NCBI GenBank assembly: GCA_963839095.1
Contig: CAWIUF010000004.1
Location: forward strand, 669-64,668
From: an uncultured Actinomycetota bacterium
Lineage (GTDB): Bacteria > Actinomycetota > Actinomycetes > Streptosporangiales > Streptosporangiaceae
DNA length: 64,000 bases
Direction of reading: 5' to 3'
Under the pieces are notes generated by a model. The model was given only the letters and a program-made list of their open reading frames with translations. It was not told where the DNA came from and did not search any database. Both the position numbers and the translations under genes were made by a program. Positions 40,176 to 49,263 of this stretch are shown here, in pieces (the first letter of the stretch is position 1; each line of letters starts with the position of its first letter).

Positions 40176-41348
40176 TCACAGGTCGCCCAGGTCGCTGAGC
40201 CTCATGGATTCCTGGTACCAGCGGTAGTACCAGCGGCCGATGATCTCCTGCTCGGACGGCACCAGCACCCCGCCGCGGGCGTAGGCGCGGGACTTCATGT
40301 TCGGCTGGCACCATTCCGACGCGGCGAAATCCTGCTCGTTGACCCGGTGGAAGAGCTCTACGGTGTCGCTCAGGTCGTACCCGGCCACCGTCGACGGCGG
40401 GAACAGCCACTCGCACACCACCGTGGTGACCTCCGCGCTCACCGGCTCGAACCGGTGCGCGATGACGTGATCGGGCAGCAGCGACAGGAAGCAGTTGGGC
40501 CGCATCACCATGCCGTAGTACTTGCGGTCGTCGTGGTCCTCCAGTCCCGGCAGCCGGGGCAGCACGGTGCTGCCGCTGACCGAGAACGAGTCCTTGTGCT
40601 CGGCGAACAGGTAGCCGTTGGTGTCGTAGGTGACGGGCGCGCCCCCGGCCAGGTTGCGGAACTGCGGCAGCGTGTCCACCAGCTCGGGGTGGATGGCGTT
40701 GCAGTGGTAGCACTCCTGGAAGTTCTCCTGGATGATCTTCCAGTTCGCGGTCACCGTGTAGTCCACCCGGTGGCCCACGACCAGGCCGGCCAGGCCGTAG
40801 CGGCCGAACTTGGCCCGGTCCCCGCCGAGCCGGAAATCCAGCTGCGGCCACACCAGGTCCTCCAGCGGCGCCGGCTCCTCGGCCAGGTTCAGCCAGACCA
40901 TGCCGTGCCACTGCCCCAGGTGCACCGGGTGCAGGCCGAAGTCGGCCTTGTCGGCGGTGCCCATCGAGCTCCAGTTGGGCGCGCTCATCAGGCTGCCGTC
41001 CAGCCGGTAGGTCCAGGAGTGGTACGGGCAGCGGATCGACCGGCCGACGTCGCCGCGGTCGGTCAGGCACAGCGTCGAGCCGCGGTGCCGGCAGACGTTG
41101 AGGAAGGCACGCAGCTCGCCGTCGCGGCCGCGGACCACGATGACGTTCTCGTTCCCGACGGTGACCCGCACGAAGCGGCCCGGCGACGGCACGTCCTCGG
41201 CCCGGCACACGTACTGCCACTGCCGTTCGAAGATGTTCCGCTTCTCCCGCTCGAAGATCTCGGGGTCGGTGTAGTACCGGCCGGGCAGGGTCGGCAGGAA
41301 CATCGTGGCCGGGGCCATGGTCATGGCTCGCTCCCTTCGCTGACTCAC
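40176..41348 (-). CDS. Rieske [2Fe-2S] oxygenase alpha subunit (VanA/GbcA-like, no beta subunit)
   Basis: CRHRGSTLC...CPYHSWTY Rieske motif and a C-terminal catalytic domain with ..ECYHCNAIHPEL... The start may be ATG 41324. Confidence 0.85.
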   Translation of the reverse strand: MSQRRERAMTMAPATMFLPTLPGRYYTDPEIFEREKRNIFERQWQYVCRAEDVPSPGRFVRVTVGNENVIVVRGRDGELRAFLNVCRHRGSTLCLTDRGDVGRSIRCPYHSWTYRLDGSLMSAPNWSSMGTADKADFGLHPVHLGQWHGMVWLNLAEEPAPLEDLVWPQLDFRLGGDRAKFGRYGLAGLVVGHRVDYTVTANWKIIQENFQECYHCNAIHPELVDTLPQFRNLAGGAPVTYDTNGYLFAEHKDSFSVSGSTVLPRLPGLEDHDDRKYYGMVMRPNCFLSLLPDHVIAHRFEPVSAEVTTVVCEWLFPPSTVAGYDLSDTVELFHRVNEQDFAASEWCQPNMKSRAYARGGVLVPSEQEIIGRWYYRWYQESMRLSDLGDL

Positions 41349-41422
41349 GCTAGCTACACGCTACGACGGGGGTCAGCCTGACCAGCAAAGACGGTATCCA
41401 GCTCCATTCCCGGCCGCCTGAC

Positions 41423-43657
41423 CTACAGGTCGAGGACGAGGCGCGCGGTGCACGAGCGGGATACGCAGATCATCATGCAGTCCCCGGCCGCGCGCTCCTC
41501 CTCGGTCAGCACCGAGTCGCGGTGGTCCGGCAGGCCGGACAGCACCCCGGTCTCGCAGGTGCCGCAGGTACCCTCGGCGCAGGACGACAGCACCCCGACC
41601 CCGGCCTCCTCCACCACGTCGAGGATCGAGCGGTCCGGCGGGACCGTCAGCCGCAGCTCGCTGCGGGCCAGTTCCACGTCGAAGGCCCCGGCCCGGACCG
41701 GCGCGCTCAGCGGCCGGGCGCTGAACCGCTCCACGTGCAGCGACCGGGGCGGCCAGGCCCGGCAGCGCTCCTCGACCGCGGCTAGCAGCGGCTCGGGGCC
41801 GCAGCAGTAGACCAGCGTGCCCGGCTGCGGCGTGCCCAGCACCGAGTCCAGGTCGAGCAGTCCCGTCTCGTCCTGCGGGGCTACCGTGACCCGGTCGCCG
41901 TACCGGGCCAGCTCGGGCAGGAACGCCATCGAGTCCCGCTGCCGCCCGCCGTACAGCAGCCGCCAGTCCGCCCCGGCCGCCGTCGCCGCCGCGATCATCG
42001 GCAGGATCGGCGTGATCCCGATGCCGCCCGCGATGAACTCATACCGCGGCGAGCCCGCCAGCTCGAAGTTGTTGCGCGGCCCGCGGACCCGGACCGTGTC
42101 ACCGGCCCTTAGCCGGTCGTGGACGAACATCGAGCCGCCGCCGCCCCGCTCGTCGCGCAGGATGCCCAGCCGCCACACGTGGCGGTCGGCCGGGTCACCA
42201 CATAGCGAGTACTGCCGGGTAGGCGCCCCGGACAGGATCAGGTCCACGTGCGCGCCCGGCGCCCACGGGGGCAGCGGGCTGTCCGCGACCTGGCGCAGGG
42301 TCAGCGCCGCCACGCCGTCCGCAGCCTCGTCCTTGCTCTCCACCCGGACGTCCGCCTCGAACTCCCGGGTGAGCACGGTCACGCTGACCGAGTCGCGCCG
42401 CACGGTCTCCACGTGCGCGTGATGCTCCGCAGCCGCGGTCGCCGGGAACGCCAGGTGCAGGTTGTCCCAGACGTACATGTTCGGCGTGGTGCGGTAGCGC
42501 ACCGGCGGGGCGGCGATCGTGTAGTCGCCGAGGACCGGCAGCGCCTCCTCCAGCGCGACCTTCGCCTCGAGGCGGGCCAGCGGCGCGCCGAGGCAGCCGT
42601 GCATCCCCTCGCCAAACCCCAGGTGCCGGAACCGCCCCCGGGTCACGTCGTACCGGTCGGGATCGGCGAACCGCCGCTCGTCGCGGTTCGCGGCCCCGTA
42701 GACCAGCACGACCCGCCCGCCGGCCGGGATCGTGACGCCGTGCAGGGTGACCTCGCGCGACGTCGTCCGGCCGACCAGCTGCAGGGGAGTGGCCAGCCGG
42801 ATCGCCTCCTCGACCGCGTCCGGGACCAGGGCCGGGTCCTGGCGCAGGATGGCGCGCTGATCCGGGTTCTCGGCCAGCAGCTTGAACAGCGTCCCGATCA
42901 GCCCGGCGGTGCTCTCCACCCCGCCCAGGAACAGCACCATCATCAGGCCGAGCACCTCCGAGGCGACCCCGAAGTCTTCCTCGGCGAACGGCACGCCGTC
43001 GATCTCGGCGGTGACCAGGTGGGTCACCAGGTCCCCGCGCGGGCGGGCGCGCCGCTCGTGCAGCAGGTCGATGAAGTAAGCCTGGATGCCGGCCGTGGCG
43101 GCCTTGGCCACCGGGGTGAGCCGGGAGTCGTCGGGCTTGCGGTCCTTGAGCTCGTGCACCCACCGGTTGAGCTGCTCCCGGCCCTGCGCGCGGGCGGCCG
43201 GCAGGCCGAGCAGGTCGAAGAACACCTCGTTGGGTGTCGGCCAGGCCAGTTCCTGGGCCAGGTCCACGGTGCCCCGGTGCCGCCAGGCGTCCACCAGGCC
43301 GCGCACCACCGCGCGGACGGCGTCCTCCCGCTCGGCGATCCGGTTGGGCAGCAGCTGCGGCTGGATCATCCGCCGGACCTGGTCGTGTCGCGGGTTGTCG
43401 ATGTCCGGCAGGAAGCCGGGGCCGCTCTGGTCCTTGGCGGTGTCGTCGATGTCGATGCCCTCGTAGGACAGGAACGTCTGCGGGTCCGTGGCGGCCGCCC
43501 GCACGTCCTCGAACCGGGACAGCGCCCACCAGTTCCACTTCTCGCTGTAGAACACCGGGGCCTCGTCGCGCATCCACCGGTACACGGTGAACGGATCAGC
43601 CTGGAACTCCCGGCTGAACGGGTCGTACTCCGTCACCTGCGTCGAGCTGATGCTCAT
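41423..43657 (-). CDS. self-sufficient cytochrome P450 fused to a phthalate-dioxygenase-reductase-like domain (FMN/NAD + plant-type 2Fe-2S)
   Basis: ATG 43657 after AAGGCGGGA. P450 part: ..GGVESTAGL.., EEAIR (ExxR), FGEGMHGCLGAPLA heme loop. Then a ~25-aa linker, RQYSL flavin motif, GGIGITP NAD motif, and C-terminal CAEGTCGTCE..C ferredoxin. Confidence 0.85.
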   Translation of the reverse strand: MSISSTQVTEYDPFSREFQADPFTVYRWMRDEAPVFYSEKWNWWALSRFEDVRAAATDPQTFLSYEGIDIDDTAKDQSGPGFLPDIDNPRHDQVRRMIQPQLLPNRIAEREDAVRAVVRGLVDAWRHRGTVDLAQELAWPTPNEVFFDLLGLPAARAQGREQLNRWVHELKDRKPDDSRLTPVAKAATAGIQAYFIDLLHERRARPRGDLVTHLVTAEIDGVPFAEEDFGVASEVLGLMMVLFLGGVESTAGLIGTLFKLLAENPDQRAILRQDPALVPDAVEEAIRLATPLQLVGRTTSREVTLHGVTIPAGGRVVLVYGAANRDERRFADPDRYDVTRGRFRHLGFGEGMHGCLGAPLARLEAKVALEEALPVLGDYTIAAPPVRYRTTPNMYVWDNLHLAFPATAAAEHHAHVETVRRDSVSVTVLTREFEADVRVESKDEAADGVAALTLRQVADSPLPPWAPGAHVDLILSGAPTRQYSLCGDPADRHVWRLGILRDERGGGGSMFVHDRLRAGDTVRVRGPRNNFELAGSPRYEFIAGGIGITPILPMIAAATAAGADWRLLYGGRQRDSMAFLPELARYGDRVTVAPQDETGLLDLDSVLGTPQPGTLVYCCGPEPLLAAVEERCRAWPPRSLHVERFSARPLSAPVRAGAFDVELARSELRLTVPPDRSILDVVEEAGVGVLSSCAEGTCGTCETGVLSGLPDHRDSVLTEEERAAGDCMMICVSRSCTARLVLDL

Positions 43658-43721
43658 CGTCCCGCCTTCGCGACCGCCCATCGTCTCGCCTGCGCTACCC
43701 GATTGGACAGGAATTAGAATT

Positions 43722-43739
43722 TGTTGGATCGTTCCAACA
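43722..43739. promoter_or_regulatory. 7-4-7 inverted repeat in the AT-rich P450/LAL divergent spacer
   Basis: TGTTGGA-TCGT-TCCAACA, flanked by GGAATTAGAATT. Confidence 0.45.
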
Positions 43740-43923
43740 GCATCCCTCCGCGGATAACCCATGTCAATACTCAGGCGATCCCATTTCCCTACCACGTCGC
43801 GCGGAATGACCACCCGGGCACCGCCGGCGATGAGCGCCCCCCGCAGTTGTCCCGGCCGCGCCCACCAGGCACGGAAACAGCAGCGACCAGGGCGCCGCCG
43901 GGAGCTCGTGTGATGATAGAGCG

Positions 43924-46734
43924 ATGGGGTCTGCCAGTGGGCAGGAGTCCGGTGCCATTGCTGCTGTCTCCCCGGGTGCGGGAGGAGTCGTTCCGCGTAT
44001 TGGGCTGTTCGGGCGGCTCGGGGCGCGGGCGCGGGTGACGGTGGTGTCGGCGCCGGCGGGGAGCGGGAAGACGGTGCTGCTGCGGTCCTGGATCAGCGAG
44101 GCGGGCCTGGAGGGCAGCGCCGCGTGGGTGCCGGTGGGGCGGGATGAGCGGGATCCGCAGCGGTTCTGGGCGTCGGTGCTGGGGGCGCTGCGCGGGACGG
44201 TTCCGGGGGCGGGGCTGGTGCGGGAGCTGACGGCGGCGCCGGACCTGGACGGGTGGGCGGTCGTGGAGCGGCTTTTGAAGGACCTGGCGCCGCTGGCGGA
44301 GCCGGTCTGGCTGGTGGTCGATGACGTCCACCTGCTGGGGCCCGACCAGGCGCTGCGGCAGCTGGAGCTGCTGATGATGCGGGCCCCGGATGCGCTGCGG
44401 TTCGTGCTGTGTACCCGGCATGACCTGCGGCTGGGGCTGCACCGGCTGCGGCTGGAGGGTCAGCTGGCCGAGATCCGGGCCGGGGATCTGCGGTTCAGCG
44501 TGGCCGAGGCGGGGGAGTTGTTTGCCGGGGCCGGGGTGGAGCTGGCCGACCCGGCGATGGTGATGCTGCATGAGCGGACCGAGGGGTGGGCGGCCGGGCT
44601 GCGGCTGGCGGCGCTGTCGCTGGCCGGGCATCCGGATCCGGGCCGGTTCGCGGCGGAGTTTTCCGGCAGTGAGCGGACGGTGGCGGAGTACCTGCTGGAT
44701 GAGGTGCTGGACCGGCAGCCGGAAGACGTGCGGCGGCTGCTGCTGCGCACCAGCGTGCTGGAGCGGGTGTCCGGCCCGCTGGCCGATGCCCTGGCCGGAG
44801 GCTCGGGCGGAGAGCGGGTGCTGCAGGAGCTGGAGGTGGCGAACGCGTTCGTGGCCTCGCTTGACGCGGGCCGTTCCTGGTTCCGTTACCATCGCCTGTT
44901 CGCCGACCTGCTGCAGCTGGAGCTGCGACGCACCGCGCCGGGGGAGGTCACCGGTCTGCACGGGCTGGCAGCGCAGTGGTTTTCGGAGCACGGGTTCCCG
45001 GTGGAGGCGATCCGGCACGCGCAGGCGGCGCGGGACTGGAGGCTGGCCGCCCGCCTGCTCGCCGGGCACTGGTCTGGCCTGCATCTGGGCGGGCAGGCCG
45101 CGACGGTGCACGAGATCCTGGCCGGGTTCCCGGCGGGGGCCGCGGCGGCGGATGCTGAGCTGGCGGCGGTGGCGGCGGCCGATGAGCTGGCGCAGGGATC
45201 ACTAGAGGCCGCGGAGCGGTATCTGGAGGTGGCGGCGCGCGGGGCGGCGTCGGTGCCGGCGGCCAGGCGCGGGCAGGCGCAGGTGCTGCTCGTGATCATC
45301 CGGCTGCTGGTTGCCCGCCACCGCGGGAACCCGCCGGCGGTGGCGGAGGAGGCGCGGCGGCTGCGGGCCGCGGCCGAGGCCCCGGAGGTGGCGCCCGGCC
45401 TGGGCGAGGAGCTGCGTGCGCTGGCTCTGATCAGCCTCGGCAGCGCCGAGTACGGGGCGGCCCGGATCGAGGATGCAGCGGCGCACCTGGAGCAGGGCGC
45501 GGTGCTGGCCCGCCGGGTCGGGCGGCCCTATCTGGAGTTCACCGGCCTGGCGTACCAGGCGCAGGTCGAACTCGAGCGGTCGTTCGCACGGGCGGCGGAG
45601 CGCGGCAGGCAGGCGGTCGAGCTGGCCGAACGGCACGGCTGGACCGACGAGCCGGCCGCTGGAAGCGCCTACATCGCACTCGCAGGCGCGCTGTTCTGCC
45701 AGGGGCGGCCCGACGAGGCAGAGCCCTGGGTCCAGCGCGCCGAGCGCACCGTCATGCCGGAAGCCGAGCCCGCGGTGGGGGCGGGGATCTGCTTCGTGCG
45801 CGGGCTGCTGGAGCTGGCGCGCGGCCGCTTCACCGACGCGCTGGCCGCCTGCCGGGCCGCCGAGCGGCTCTCGGGGCACCTCGCCGCCCCGCACGGCAGT
45901 TATTTCGTCACGTCGACGCGGGGATTGCTGCTGCACGCCCTGGTGCGCCTGGGCGCCATCGACCGCGCCGAGCAGACCCTGGGCGGCCTGCGTAACGAGG
46001 ACCGCGACCGCGGCGAGACCCGCGTCGCCGAGGCGGTGCTGCGGCTGGCCCAGGACGACCCGCGCGCGGCGATCGCCGCGCTGGCGCCGGTTCTGGACGG
46101 CTCCGCCCCCGTGGCCTGGCCGAACTGGCGGGTTAGCGTTTTCGTGCTGGAGGCGGTCGTCCGGGACGCACTCAGCGACCGGGCCGCCGCCTGGCGCGCG
46201 CTCGAGCGTGCCCTCGATATCGCCGAGCCCGATCGCATGCTCTTCCCGTTCCTCCTCTACCGTGCGCCGGGGCTGCTGGAGCGCCACGCCCGGGACTGCG
46301 CCAAACACGCGGCCCTGGTCTCGGAGATCCTCACCCTGCTTCCACCACTGGAGCCAGGCCCCGCGGAACCGGCCCCCGATGGGTATCCGGGGCCCAGGGC
46401 GGTACTGGGAAGCGGGGAACCCCCCCGTGGCGAAAGGTGGTCTGGGGGAGATCGTTCCCCCGAGCTGATAGAGCCGGTGAGTCGCAGCGAGCTGCGGGTG
46501 CTGCGTTACCTGCCGACGAATCTGTCGGCCCCGGAGATCGCCCGGGAACTGTCGGTGTCGGTGACCACCGTGCGGACGCACATAAGCCACCTGTTCGCCA
46601 AGCTCGGCGCCCACCGCCGCACCGAGGCCGTCGCGCGGGCCCGCGATCTGGGCCTGCTCGCACCATCCCCCGTGCGCCGCACTGGTCAGCCCCGCGCAAT
46701 CGAATTATGCCCGGGTCCACGCCGCTTGGCGTGA
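43924..46734 (+). CDS. large ATP-binding LuxR-family regulator (LAL/MalT-like)
   Basis: 936 aa. Walker A VVSAPAGSGKTVLL, a long helical/TPR-like middle, and C-terminal HTH ..LRVLRYLPTNLSAPEIARELSVSVTTVRTHISHLFAKLG... Confidence 0.85.
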   Translation: MGSASGQESGAIAAVSPGAGGVVPRIGLFGRLGARARVTVVSAPAGSGKTVLLRSWISEAGLEGSAAWVPVGRDERDPQRFWASVLGALRGTVPGAGLVRELTAAPDLDGWAVVERLLKDLAPLAEPVWLVVDDVHLLGPDQALRQLELLMMRAPDALRFVLCTRHDLRLGLHRLRLEGQLAEIRAGDLRFSVAEAGELFAGAGVELADPAMVMLHERTEGWAAGLRLAALSLAGHPDPGRFAAEFSGSERTVAEYLLDEVLDRQPEDVRRLLLRTSVLERVSGPLADALAGGSGGERVLQELEVANAFVASLDAGRSWFRYHRLFADLLQLELRRTAPGEVTGLHGLAAQWFSEHGFPVEAIRHAQAARDWRLAARLLAGHWSGLHLGGQAATVHEILAGFPAGAAAADAELAAVAAADELAQGSLEAAERYLEVAARGAASVPAARRGQAQVLLVIIRLLVARHRGNPPAVAEEARRLRAAAEAPEVAPGLGEELRALALISLGSAEYGAARIEDAAAHLEQGAVLARRVGRPYLEFTGLAYQAQVELERSFARAAERGRQAVELAERHGWTDEPAAGSAYIALAGALFCQGRPDEAEPWVQRAERTVMPEAEPAVGAGICFVRGLLELARGRFTDALAACRAAERLSGHLAAPHGSYFVTSTRGLLLHALVRLGAIDRAEQTLGGLRNEDRDRGETRVAEAVLRLAQDDPRAAIAALAPVLDGSAPVAWPNWRVSVFVLEAVVRDALSDRAAAWRALERALDIAEPDRMLFPFLLYRAPGLLERHARDCAKHAALVSEILTLLPPLEPGPAEPAPDGYPGPRAVLGSGEPPRGERWSGGDRSPELIEPVSRSELRVLRYLPTNLSAPEIARELSVSVTTVRTHISHLFAKLGAHRRTEAVARARDLGLLAPSPVRRTGQPRAIELCPGPRRLA

Positions 46735-46882
46735 ATGTCGCGACGACCTGGCCGCCTTCGGCCTTAGCGCCCGGCTTGGCCAACCACCACGCACGCTGGC
46801 CGCCTGGGTCCGCCCGGATTTTGCGCGCCTCGGTGGTCCAACCGCCGCCCTGGGTATCGCTTCAGCGAACACCTTGATCCCA

Positions 46883-46948
46883 GTAAATCATCACAACTGT
46901 ACGATGCAGACCCATCTAGCCGGGCACGACGCTTGGAAGTATCCCAGT
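46883..46948 (+). repeat. repeat R1, copy a
   Basis: TAAATCATCACAACTGTACGATGCAGACCCATCTAGCCGGGC..GGAAGTATCCCA. About 75% like 47640-47712 by eye. Confidence 0.5.
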
Positions 46949-47048
46949 AGAACAGGCAGGAGCATCAGGCAGCCACGCTTGTCCAGCGACTGCCCGGCAC
47001 TTGCCTCGCATATCGTCCTCTGATGAGGGCCGAGAAGGCAACGAAACT

Positions 47049-47267
47049 ATGGCTGAGCAGACCGGACCGGTCTGGTACGAGATCCGCGTCCGCGGACTCC
47101 TGGGCAAGACACTACTCGAGGCCTTCCCCGGCATGGGTGCGCGAGCTCACGAAAAGGAGACCGTGCTCTGCGGGCCAGTGGCCGACCAGGCGGCGCTGCA
47201 CGGCGTGCTAGCTGAGATCGAGGCGCTCGGCCTGGAGTTGCTCGAACTCCGCCGCACGCGCGATTGA
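47049..47267 (+). CDS. small conserved actinobacterial protein of unknown function
   Basis: ATG 47049. MAEQTGPVWYEIRVRGLLGKTLLEAFPGMGARAHEKETVLCGPVADQAALHGVLAEIEALGLELLELRR resembles a widespread ~70-aa family (..Y.L.V.G.L.....F.......T.L.G...DQA.LHG.L......G..L.....). Confidence 0.6.
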   Translation: MAEQTGPVWYEIRVRGLLGKTLLEAFPGMGARAHEKETVLCGPVADQAALHGVLAEIEALGLELLELRRTRD

Positions 47268-47299
47268 AACCATTTCTGATTTCACTTACCGGCCGGGAA

Positions 47300-47377
47300 G
47301 CGATATCCGGGGCTGACAGGTTCGTCGGCAGGTAACGCAGCACCCGTGTCTCGCTGCGGCTCACCGGCGCTATTAGC
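47300..47377 (-). pseudogene. inverted scrap of a LuxR HTH, copy of the LAL segment 46465-46541
   Basis: The minus strand reads ..APVSRSETRVLRYLPTNLSAPDIA.., ~88% nt identity by eye to the LAL C-terminal HTH. No upstream domain. Confidence 0.6.
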
Positions 47378-47393
47378 ACCCACTCGCTGACGG

Positions 47394-47640
47394 GTAGCCT
47401 TTTCTACTCCCGTCTGGACCCCTACCCCGTCCGGATCGCTTTCCGCGCCGGGCTGGAAGAGCCCGTCGAGTGGATCTTCGCCCGCGACCTGCTGTCGCGG
47501 GGCATCCAGGGCGCCAGGTCATCGGCGACGTGCAAGCGCGGCCGTCGCCTGGACCCGCGGGCGGCGAGCCAGGCAGCCAGGAAAGCGGCCACATCGACAT
47601 CGACGCCGAACTGAACAACCTGCCCAGCCAGGCGTCATAA
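47394..47640 (+). pseudogene. SsgA/SsgB-family (sporulation cell-division) gene remnant: N-terminally truncated, frameshifted, internally deleted
   Basis: ..LFYSRLDPYPVRIAFRAGLEEPVEWIFARDLLSRGIQG.. matches the SsgB core (..DPYAV...F....E.VEWVFARDLL..G). The tail ..ESGHIDIDAELNNLPSQAS* is in another frame. Confidence 0.6.
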
Positions 47641-47712
47641 GAAATCATCCCGACTGTATGACGGCGGCTCATCTAGCCGGGCGAGAGACTTGCAAACAGT
47701 CGGAAGTATGCC
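47640..47712 (+). repeat. repeat R1, copy b
   Basis: See 46883-46948. Begins at the SsgA-like stop codon. Confidence 0.5.
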
Positions 47713-47727
47713 ACGAACCGCTTAGCA

Positions 47728-47938
47728 ATTTCGCCATGGATGTCATCGACGCCGGCGCTCACAGCGCAAGGCGCCAATCATCTCGCGGAATCAGAACCAG
47801 CCCACTGCGCAGTGCCGGCTGAATCGCGGATCGAAACTACCGTCCGCGGCGAGTCGCCCACCCCGCACCATGCTTCACGCAACCAGAACAGGAGACCAGC
47901 TTCCAATGACATCGCTCAGCCAGCCCAAGACGCCGCCG
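47728..47938 (+). repeat. repeat R2, copy a (promoter/leader plus the first 11 codons)
   Basis: ~85% identical by eye to 48668-48879. Ends right after ATGACATCGCTCAGCCAGCCCAAGACGCCGCCG. Confidence 0.75.
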
Positions 47939-48610
47939 ACCGGTGAGCCTCCCTTCAAAGGCCCGAAAACGTGCGACGCGAGCGCGATGCTCGAAATCCA
48001 CCGCGCGCTGCGGCGCTCCTTCGGCGAAGCTACCAAGCTCATGGACGGGGTGGCCGAAGGTGACACGAAGCACGCGTCGGCCGTCGCCACGCAACTCAAC
48101 TTGATCTCGACCGCGCTCCACGCCCACCACGAGGGGGAGGACTCACGACTCTGGGACATGGTGAGCGGCCGGGCACCTGCCTGTGTCCTTCACGTCGACC
48201 GGATGAAGCGTCAGCACGCTGGCATGCTGGTGCACCTGCAAGACCTCGACCGGACCTTGCCTGCCTGGCGCGCCACCGCGGCGAAGGAAGCCGCCGGCCC
48301 CGTCCGCTCCGCGCTCCACGGAGTGTCCGCGGCACTGGCCGAGCACTTCCCGGACGAAGAAGCCACCATCGTCCCGGCCATGGAGCATGTGCTCACCCAG
48401 AGCGAGGAGAACTGGTTCGGCAAGCACGGCCGGGCTGCAACCCCTAAGGGTCAGCTATGGAACATGGTCGGCGCCATCCTCGCCGCCCAGCCCGACGGGG
48501 GCGCCGCCTGGCTGAAGAAGAACATGCCCGGGCCCGCTGCGCTGGTATGGCGATGGATCGGCGCCCCGCGCTACGCACGCTTCCGGGCAGCACTGGAAGG
48601 CCGCCGCTAG
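47906..48610 (+). CDS. hemerythrin (HHE cation-binding) domain protein
   Basis: ATG 47906 after AGGAG. ..MLEIHRALRRSF..LHAHHEGEDSRLW..HFPDEE... Confidence 0.7.
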   Translation: MTSLSQPKTPPTGEPPFKGPKTCDASAMLEIHRALRRSFGEATKLMDGVAEGDTKHASAVATQLNLISTALHAHHEGEDSRLWDMVSGRAPACVLHVDRMKRQHAGMLVHLQDLDRTLPAWRATAAKEAAGPVRSALHGVSAALAEHFPDEEATIVPAMEHVLTQSEENWFGKHGRAATPKGQLWNMVGAILAAQPDGGAAWLKKNMPGPAALVWRWIGAPRYARFRAALEGRR

Positions 48611-48667
48611 GAAGCGGCCCTCGGATCACCCGGCTGACCCAGCTTGTCATCAGCCAGGCTGTCGCCC

Positions 48668-48879
48668 ATTTCGCCGTGGATGTCGTCGACCCCGGCGCTC
48701 ACATACCCGAGGTGCCAGTCATCTCGCGGAATCAGAACCAGCCCGCTGCGCAGTGCCCCGCCAGTCGCGGACCGGAACGCGCCGTGCCCGGCGAGCCGCC
48801 CACCCGCACCATGCTTCACGCAACCAGAACAGGAGATCAGCTTCCAATGACATCGCTCAGCCAGCCCAAGACGCCGCCG
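48668..48879 (+). repeat. repeat R2, copy b
   Basis: See 47728-47938. Confidence 0.75.
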
Positions 48880-49170
48880 CTGTACACGCCCCGCGGGAAG
48901 AGTCTCGCCCTCGTGCTGCTGGCGATGACCCAGTTCGTGATCGTGATCGACGCCTCGATCGTCAACGTCGCGTTGCCGTCGATCGGCGCCGCCCTGCACT
49001 TTGCGCCAGGCTGACCTGTCGTGGGTCGTGAACGCGTAGGTACTCACCTTCGGCGGGTTTCTCCTGCTCGGCGGGCGCGCGGCCGACCTGCTCGGGCGCC
49101 GGCGCATGTTCATGCTCGGCCTCCACGCCGTGGTCGCGATCGGCCTGGCCGCTGGGGCCGCCATGATCAT
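48847..49170 (+). pseudogene. N-terminal remnant of a DHA2-type MFS transporter (frameshift + nonsense + truncation)
   Basis: MTSLSQPKTPP..LALVLLAMTQFVIVIDASIVNVALPSIG... Frame change at ~49003. TAG at 49037-49039 replaces the Tyr of ..VVNAYVLTFGG... Nothing after TM2-3. Confidence 0.7.
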
Positions 49171-49263
49171 CCGGGCCGCCCGCGGCGGCGGAGACCGGCC
49201 GCGTCAGCTCGCACGCTGCAACACCAGCAGGCCCATTCATCCATCAATAGAAAGCGAAGTATC

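Noticed and set aside
43789-46614. 440-aa and 470-aa minus-strand ORFs
   Set aside because: They are antisense to the LAL/LuxR regulator, whose Walker A and HTH motifs are clear. The products are Pro/Arg/Gln-rich with no motifs.
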